Source: Phycisphaera mikurensis NBRC 102666
GTDB lineage: Bacteria > Planctomycetota > Phycisphaerae > Phycisphaerales > Phycisphaeraceae
Reading direction: 5' to 3'
Length of the DNA: 32,000 nt
Assembly: GCF_000284115.1 (NCBI RefSeq)
Contig: NC_017080.1
Location: 2,010,001 to 2,042,000, forward strand
The position numbers and the translations under genes were made by a program. The notes under the pieces are model-generated. The model had not been told where the DNA came from and did not search any database. It worked only from the letters and a program-made list of their open reading frames with translations. Below are positions 27,068-32,000 of this stretch, in pieces; the stretch's first letter is position 1; each line of letters begins with the position of its first letter.

Positions 27068-27475
27068 TCAACTCCGGTCGCTCTTCTGCAGCAGCACGGG
27101 CACCTCCAGGCTGTCGCCCTCGATCATGAGGTCCTCCGTGGTGTCCCAGCCGACCGACTCCTCCTCGGCGGGCCGCAGGGTGCCGGCCGAGGGCGTGAGG
27201 GCCAGCCGCCGGGCCGCCTCCTTGCCGTGCCAGTGCAGGCCGAAGCGGGGAGGCTCCTTCCCCTCGTCGACGGGCGTCTCGCCGACGAGGGCCTTGAGCG
27301 CCTCCACGTCCACCGCCGGCCCGGTCTTGCCCTCGGTCACCACCCCCGGGAACAGCGCCGCCAGCTTCAGAAGATTCTCTCGCGCGACGTCGGCGGACTG
27401 CGGAAGCGCGCCGCCACGGGGACGGCGGTGGGGGAGGGAGCGTCGGCCATGCGGCCGTTGTACCTCGCCACGCCG
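27068..27475 (-). pseudogene. Remnant of the N-terminus of an N6-adenine DNA methyltransferase (type III Mod / type IIG-like); catalytic domain missing
   Basis: One frame reads ...DVARENLLKLAALFPGVVTEGKTGPAVDVEALKALVGETPVDEGKEPPRFGLHWHGKEAARRLALTPSAGTLRPAEEESVGWDTTEDLMIEGDSLEVPVLLQKS then stops. This follows the conserved Mod-type N-terminal pattern (LxxLFPExFTEGKIDxxxLKxLLGE, YGLxWxGK, GTLxP, NLxIEGDNLEVLKLLQKSY). The nearest ATG (27450) is in another frame. The DPPY catalytic region is absent; only a weak shifted trace, LIEDDLPGP, remains. Confidence 0.6.
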
Positions 27476-27497
27476 TCACAGAACCGGGTGTGGCGGC

Positions 27498-30071
27498 TCA
27501 GGCGGGAACGCGGGCGCCTTGGACGAGCCCAGCGAGGCGGTCCCGCAGCTCGCTGAAGATGGGTGTCTCGTAGGGGTCTGCGGCTTCGACGGTGACGGCG
27601 AGCCCGAAGGGGACGTCCTCCGTCAGGCCGCCGGCGGTTTCGCGGCAGTTGACCTTGAGGTCGAGGTGGTCGTCGTCCCCGACGGCCACGACGGCGTCGG
27701 TCTCGAAGACGAGGTGCTGGACGGACCCGCGGCGGGAGAGGGTTTCGTCGGCGTCCCGGGGGGTACCGAGGAGCTCGGCGACGGTTTCTTCGTGGGTGAG
27801 GAAGAGGCCGGCCCGGGTGTGGCCGCGGTGCCGCGGGTTGAGCGGGCTTAGCCAGGCGAGCGTGAGCACGACCCGCCTCCGCAGCTTCTTGCCGCCCAGT
27901 GCGGAGGGGATGGGCACGCGGAAGGTGGCGGCCTCGCCGTCGTTCAGCCGGCCCGTGCCGAGGAGGAGCACGCGTTGGTCCGTGGAGACGCGGCTCCGCT
28001 CGGGGTCGACGGCGCCGAAGCCCAATGCGGCGGCTTTGTTCTGACGGAAGGCACGCCAACACTTCTGATCGTTGGGGCCGCAGTGGGCGTCGAGTTCGTC
28101 GGCATCGGTGCCCCAGGACGCGCCGTGGACGAGCAGGGCCTTGGTGAGGACGGCGAGCCGGTCGTCGGCGAGGGCGGGCGCGTCGGTTTCCTCGCGGAGG
28201 GCGAGGAGGTTTTCGAAGATCCGGGAGGCGAGGCGCGTGGCGTTGGCGGCGGCGTTGCTGGTGCCACGCGTGTGGACGCGGTGGCCGAGGACGCCGGGGG
28301 TGGTCGACGGGGCGGCGACGAGCTGGCCGGGGAGCTGCGGGGCGTGGTTGATGCGGAAGCTCACGCCGCCGGTGTTCATCCGCGTGCCGTAGTACTGCCG
28401 GCCGCCGGGGAGGAGGATCTCGGGCTTCACGGAGCGCTTCCACCCGGCTCCGATCGGATTGATGGGGCTGGGCAGCGGGCGGCCGTCGAGCAGGTCGCGG
28501 TACGCGATGCCGCCGGGCCGTGCCGGCTCGTCGGCCCCGTCGGCGTGCAGCGAGCCGACGGTGAGGGCGTTGACGGCTTCGGCGGGGGAGAGCAGGCGGC
28601 GGGACCCGCGGTCGGCCTGCAGACCGCCGAGCACGGCGGCCCGTCGATCTTCTGGAGTGAGCCGATCGAACTCGATCTGAGTGAGGTCGATCTGCACGTC
28701 GTCGTCGACGTTGCCGGCGCTCACGAGGAAGAGAAGATTGTGCTCCCAGGCGAGGAAGTCGATCAAGCGGGCGAGCGGGCTGAGCTCGCGGAGGAAGCGT
28801 TGGTGGGCGTTGCCGAGCGAGACGTTCACGATCCGCACCGAAGGCGCGGTGGCGGACTCGGCTCCATCGCCGCAAACGATGCCGCGGACGGCGCGGTGGA
28901 ACAGGTCGACGAAGAGGCGGTCCGCGGGCCAGGTTTCGGCCGCATCGGCGGAGCCGCCGGGGTGCATGACGGGGCGAGCGTGGATCGGGCGGCCGAGCGG
29001 GGCCTCGCCGAGGGCGAGATCGCCGTGAACGATCTGCGAGGCCATGGCGGTGCCGTGGCGGCGGGACCCGGCGGGGTAGCGGGCCGCGAAATCGTCGGGG
29101 TCGACGATCTGGACACGATCGACGAGGTCGGTGTGGTTGCCGAGCGGGAGCCCGTCGAGCAGGGCGACGATCGGACTCCCGCTGGGCAGCGGGCGGTCGA
29201 GGGCGGGGGCGGGCGGGGCGGTTTGCGTCTCGGGCGGGACGGCGACCGCACTCTGGCCGCCGCCGCGGAAGAACATGACCTCGTCGCACCGCAGCATCCG
29301 GACGTATTCATCTTCCTTAAGCGCCGCCAGCGCAGCCTCGACGCCGGCCCGCGGGCAGGCCACGCAGGCGGCGTGGTAGCGGATGCCGGGGATGCGGCTC
29401 TCGTCGACGATGGAGGCGCCGCTCTCCTTCAGGGCGCGTTCGAGAGACGCACGAGCCTGGTCGGCGCGGCGAGGGCGGTCGGAGTACCAGAACTCGGCTT
29501 GGAAGAAGATCGGGTCGTCGCCGGTTTCGAGGCGTTGCTCCCACCAGGACTCAAGCCCGGTGTCGAGCACGCGGTCGGCCTCGCTCCAGAGGCGGACGTC
29601 GGTGAGGTGCTTGAAGACGTCGAAGATCGGAGCGGCCCCGGTGGGGGCGTCCTCCGCGTCTTGATACCTCCTCCACAGGACGAGGAGGCGGCTCATCGCG
29701 TCGCGGTTGGTGAAGAGCGCGTAGAGGCGTCGATCGACCGGCTCCCCCGCGTTGAAGCCATCGACGGTGGCGGGTTCGAGATCGAGCTCCAGCAGCCATT
29801 CGAGGTCCTGCACGCGATCGGCGGCCTCGGCGAACGCACGCAGGCCGGCGGCTCCGCCGACCGCGACCTCCAGCACGACGACCCGCTCGACATCGCCTGC
29901 CCCGAGGGCGTCGGTCGGTTCCGCGAGCGAATCGCGGATCCTCTGAAGATCCGCGAAGTAGCGATTTTGATGCTCCCGGGACGGGCTTCGGGGCGGAGTG
30001 CCGCCACCGCGAAGGGGGTCTCGCTCCGCAATCGCCGGCTGGCCGAGCAGGAGGATGGGCTGGTCGGCCAT
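27498..30071 (-). CDS. S8 (subtilisin-like) serine peptidase with a ~300-aa N-terminal domain of unknown function; IetS-like
   Basis: ATG at 30071 with GAGG immediately upstream. The catalytic set is in subtilase order: D306 (VALLDGLP), H339 (RRHGTAMAS), N453 (LVSAGN) and S604 (TRGTSNAAAN). Product is 857 aa. It starts 9 nt downstream of the AAA+ ATPase gene. Confidence 0.85.
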   Translation of the reverse strand: MADQPILLLGQPAIAERDPLRGGGTPPRSPSREHQNRYFADLQRIRDSLAEPTDALGAGDVERVVVLEVAVGGAAGLRAFAEAADRVQDLEWLLELDLEPATVDGFNAGEPVDRRLYALFTNRDAMSRLLVLWRRYQDAEDAPTGAAPIFDVFKHLTDVRLWSEADRVLDTGLESWWEQRLETGDDPIFFQAEFWYSDRPRRADQARASLERALKESGASIVDESRIPGIRYHAACVACPRAGVEAALAALKEDEYVRMLRCDEVMFFRGGGQSAVAVPPETQTAPPAPALDRPLPSGSPIVALLDGLPLGNHTDLVDRVQIVDPDDFAARYPAGSRRHGTAMASQIVHGDLALGEAPLGRPIHARPVMHPGGSADAAETWPADRLFVDLFHRAVRGIVCGDGAESATAPSVRIVNVSLGNAHQRFLRELSPLARLIDFLAWEHNLLFLVSAGNVDDDVQIDLTQIEFDRLTPEDRRAAVLGGLQADRGSRRLLSPAEAVNALTVGSLHADGADEPARPGGIAYRDLLDGRPLPSPINPIGAGWKRSVKPEILLPGGRQYYGTRMNTGGVSFRINHAPQLPGQLVAAPSTTPGVLGHRVHTRGTSNAAANATRLASRIFENLLALREETDAPALADDRLAVLTKALLVHGASWGTDADELDAHCGPNDQKCWRAFRQNKAAALGFGAVDPERSRVSTDQRVLLLGTGRLNDGEAATFRVPIPSALGGKKLRRRVVLTLAWLSPLNPRHRGHTRAGLFLTHEETVAELLGTPRDADETLSRRGSVQHLVFETDAVVAVGDDDHLDLKVNCRETAGGLTEDVPFGLAVTVEAADPYETPIFSELRDRLAGLVQGARVPA

Positions 30072-30080
30072 CCTCGGACG

Positions 30081-31088
30081 CTACCGGGCGTCGCCCGCGT
30101 TCGCCTGCGTCACGCGGGACTTCCACTGCCGTAGGCGGGCGTCGGCGATGGAGCGGGCGGGTGCGCCGCCGCCGGCGAGGACCTGCCGGCGGGCGAGATC
30201 GAGCAGGAACTCCTCGGCCTCGGCGAAGCTGGTGGGCCCGAGCTTGTCGGCGAGCGTTCGGGCGGCGTAGCCGAAGGGGCGGCCGAGACGATCCTGCCAC
30301 GCCTCGACGAATTGCGTGAGCTGGCCGCGGCCGGGTGGAGGAATCTGGAGGCGGAGCTGGAACCGCCGCCACACGGCCCGGTCCAGCAGCTCGGCGTGGT
30401 TGGTGGCGGTGACGACGACGACGTACGACGGCAGGTCGTCCATCTGCAACAGCAGGGAACTGACGATCCGTTTGATCTCTCCGGAGTCCTGCGCGTCGCC
30501 CCGCTCCTTGCCGAGCGTGTCGAACTCGTCGAAGAAGAGGACGCAGGCGCGGGTGGAAGCCCGCTCGAAGAGCTTCCGCAGACGGGTGGCGGTCTCGCCG
30601 AGGTAGCTGCCGATGAGGGCGTCATACCGCACGGTGAGCAGCGGGACCATCAGCTCGTAGGCGAGGCCCTCGGCGATGGATGTTTTTCCGTTGCCGGGTG
30701 GACCGGAGAGCAGCACGCGGTGGCGGGGCTCGAGGTTGTGGCTCCGTAGGACGTCAGCCCGCTGCTGTTCTTCCACCAGCTCTCGAAGAGCTGCCGCGGC
30801 GGCCTCGGGGAGCAGCAGCTGGTCGAGGCCGCGGGCGGCGGTCGCCTCGTGCACAAGCGTGGTGGCGGCGACGTGCTCGACCTGGCCGCGGTTGAAGAGG
30901 GCGGGGACGCCGTTGCGGGCATCCGCATCGGGTGTCCGCCGCAGTTCGGTGTCGAGACGCTCGGCGAGGACCACATGCCGCTTCGCACGCTCGTCGGCGA
31001 TCAGCGCCTCCACCGCCCGGGCGAACGCGGGGCGGTTGCCGGTGGTGCCGGCTTTCACCAAGCTGAGGAGGAGGTCGGAGCGGGCCAC
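30081..31088 (-). CDS. Classic-clade AAA+ ATPase; IetA-like
   Basis: Walker A LLSGPPGNGKTS. Walker B VLFFDEFD. Sensor-1 and Arg-finger region VVVTATNHAELLDRAVWRRF. GTG start at 31088. Product is 335 aa. Confidence 0.85.
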   Translation of the reverse strand: MARSDLLLSLVKAGTTGNRPAFARAVEALIADERAKRHVVLAERLDTELRRTPDADARNGVPALFNRGQVEHVAATTLVHEATAARGLDQLLLPEAAAAALRELVEEQQRADVLRSHNLEPRHRVLLSGPPGNGKTSIAEGLAYELMVPLLTVRYDALIGSYLGETATRLRKLFERASTRACVLFFDEFDTLGKERGDAQDSGEIKRIVSSLLLQMDDLPSYVVVVTATNHAELLDRAVWRRFQLRLQIPPPGRGQLTQFVEAWQDRLGRPFGYAARTLADKLGPTSFAEAEEFLLDLARRQVLAGGGAPARSIADARLRQWKSRVTQANAGDAR

Positions 31089-31231
31089 GGCGAGTTGAGC
31101 GTAAGCCGCCCCCGGAGAGGGGCGAGGAAGGGGTCAGGCCGTGGGATCGGTCAGCGGATGCCGCTTCGGAGACTTTCACGCCGCCGACGGGCCTCACGCA
31201 GGGCCGCATTGAGCTCCGCCCGCGGGCCGGG

Positions 31232-31561
31232 TTATTTCTCGCGGCGGGCTTTGTCCTGGAAGCCGCGGATGGTGGCGTCGAGGGCGCGTAGCTCGGCGGC
31301 GTCCACGGCGAGGGCGGCGGGGTCGCGGCTGGGGTCCCAGCGGAAGCCGCCGACGAGGGGGGCGGCGTCAGCGGTGGCGAGGGCGAGGGACCAGCGGCGG
31401 AGGACGGCGGCGAGGCTCGCATCGTTGGGAGCCGGGGCGAGGGCGGCGAGCAGCTCGGCGGGGTGCGCGGTGGGGAGATCGCAGCGGAACCCGCGGACGG
31501 TGAAGCAGATCAGCCGTTCTCCGCTGCCGTCCGCGGATTCGGCATGCTCCAGAAGGAGCAT
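31232..31561 (-). CDS. Hypothetical 109-aa protein upstream of the ATPase/protease pair
   Basis: ATG at 31561 and TAA at 31232. Third codon positions are almost all G or C, as in real genes here. The sequence MLLLEHAESADGSGERLICFTVRGF... has no motif I recognise. Confidence 0.45.
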   Translation of the reverse strand: MLLLEHAESADGSGERLICFTVRGFRCDLPTAHPAELLAALAPAPNDASLAAVLRRWSLALATADAAPLVGGFRWDPSRDPAALAVDAAELRALDATIRGFQDKARREK

Positions 31562-31859
31562 GGGGGACGTGATGAGGCGGTGGAGGAGCCTCGGGAGGGC
31601 GGGAATCAGCTTGGACGTGATGGCGAGGGCGACGATGAGCGTGAACGGTCCTGACTCGTCGGGGGCGGTGCCGGCCCCGGCGGGGAGGGCGGAGGCGAGA
31701 GGGTTTCAGACGAGCGTGGAAGACGAAGCGCCTCAGGCGCTCGCGGACGAGGCGGAGCCCGATGGCGCGACGATGGCGGTGACCCCGTGCCCTCTCGCAT
31801 CAGCAAGATGCATTTGCCGCAGTCCACCGCCTGCTGGACCGACGCGGCATACTGGCACG

Positions 31860-32000
31860 ATGGCGAAGAAGCGGACGTGGCCGGAGGCGATCGAGCAGGT
31901 GTTGCGCGACGAGGGCGGACCGCTCCACTACGTGGAGATCACGGAGCGGATTGTCGCAGGCGGGCTCAAAGAAACCTCAGGCGCAACGCCAGCCGCGACT
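31860..32000 (+). CDS. HARE-HTH / winged-helix N-terminal domain protein; 3' end outside the window
   Basis: ATG at 31860, and the frame stays open to the window end. MAKKRTWPEAIEQVLRDEGGPLHYVEITERIVAGGLKETSGATPAAT follows the HARE-HTH pattern (xAAxxVLxxxGxPLHxxEIxxxIxxxGLxxTSGKTPxxT). That pattern is seen at the N-termini of restriction and defence proteins and of RpoE-delta. Confidence 0.55.
   Translation, partial: MAKKRTWPEAIEQVLRDEGGPLHYVEITERIVAGGLKETSGATPAAT

Noticed and set aside
26925-27479. 184-aa minus-strand ORF covering the exoD/IetS spacer
   Set aside because: It is an out-of-frame reading across the methyltransferase remnant. Its composition is Arg/Gly/Pro junk except for the short LIEDDLPGP trace.
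27367-30134. 640-aa minus-strand ORF (27367..29289) and 719-aa plus-strand ORF (27975..30134) overlapping the S8 peptidase gene
   Set aside because: These are Arg/Pro/Gly-rich off-frame and antisense products. The S8 frame carries a complete catalytic motif set.
31814-31860. Sigma70-like promoter (TTGCCG ... CATACT) giving a leaderless HARE-HTH mRNA
   Set aside because: The spacing between the two hexamers is about 28 nt, far from 17 +/- 1. CATACT alone is too weak to call.

Overview
This is a very GC-rich bacterial chromosomal window, densely packed with mostly housekeeping genes. The six-frame track holds many long Arg/Pro/Gly-rich ORFs that I treat as GC artefacts. Where a real gene sits at the 3' end of such an ORF, I trimmed the start using homolog-like N-termini and stop/start overlaps. 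All family calls come from motifs read by eye; no searches were run.

Gene order, left to right:
- APH/MtnK-like kinase 3' fragment
- secreted nucleoside-hydrolase-like/DUF547 fusion
- candidate 30-aa membrane peptide
- PqqD-like protein plus an unknown 298-aa protein (minus strand)
- secreted OB-fold-like protein
- tandem array of ~139-bp structured repeats (4604-5262)
- fpr
- a long minus-strand chain: beta-mannosidase, nadD, acidic tail-anchored protein, Nudix, pxpB, pxpA, pxpC
- a hypothetical protein
- stand-alone nuoC
- FHA-GAF histidine kinase
- argH
- class IV aminotransferase
- tRNA-Ser(GGA)
- galK
- rpmF-plsX-fabH-fabD, transcribed on the minus strand (fabD lies leftmost)
- EboE-like/UbiA-like pair
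- DUF1622 protein
- ExoD-like protein

Two parts look accessory.
1. The 4.6-5.3 kb repeat array. Each unit carries two hairpins, and four of five units also hold an 84-nt micro-ORF.
2. A defence-island-like segment at 26.9-32.0 kb. It contains a decayed N6-adenine methyltransferase N-terminus, an AAA+ ATPase plus S8 subtilase pair (IetAS-like architecture), an unknown 109-aa ORF, and the start of a HARE-HTH protein at the window edge.
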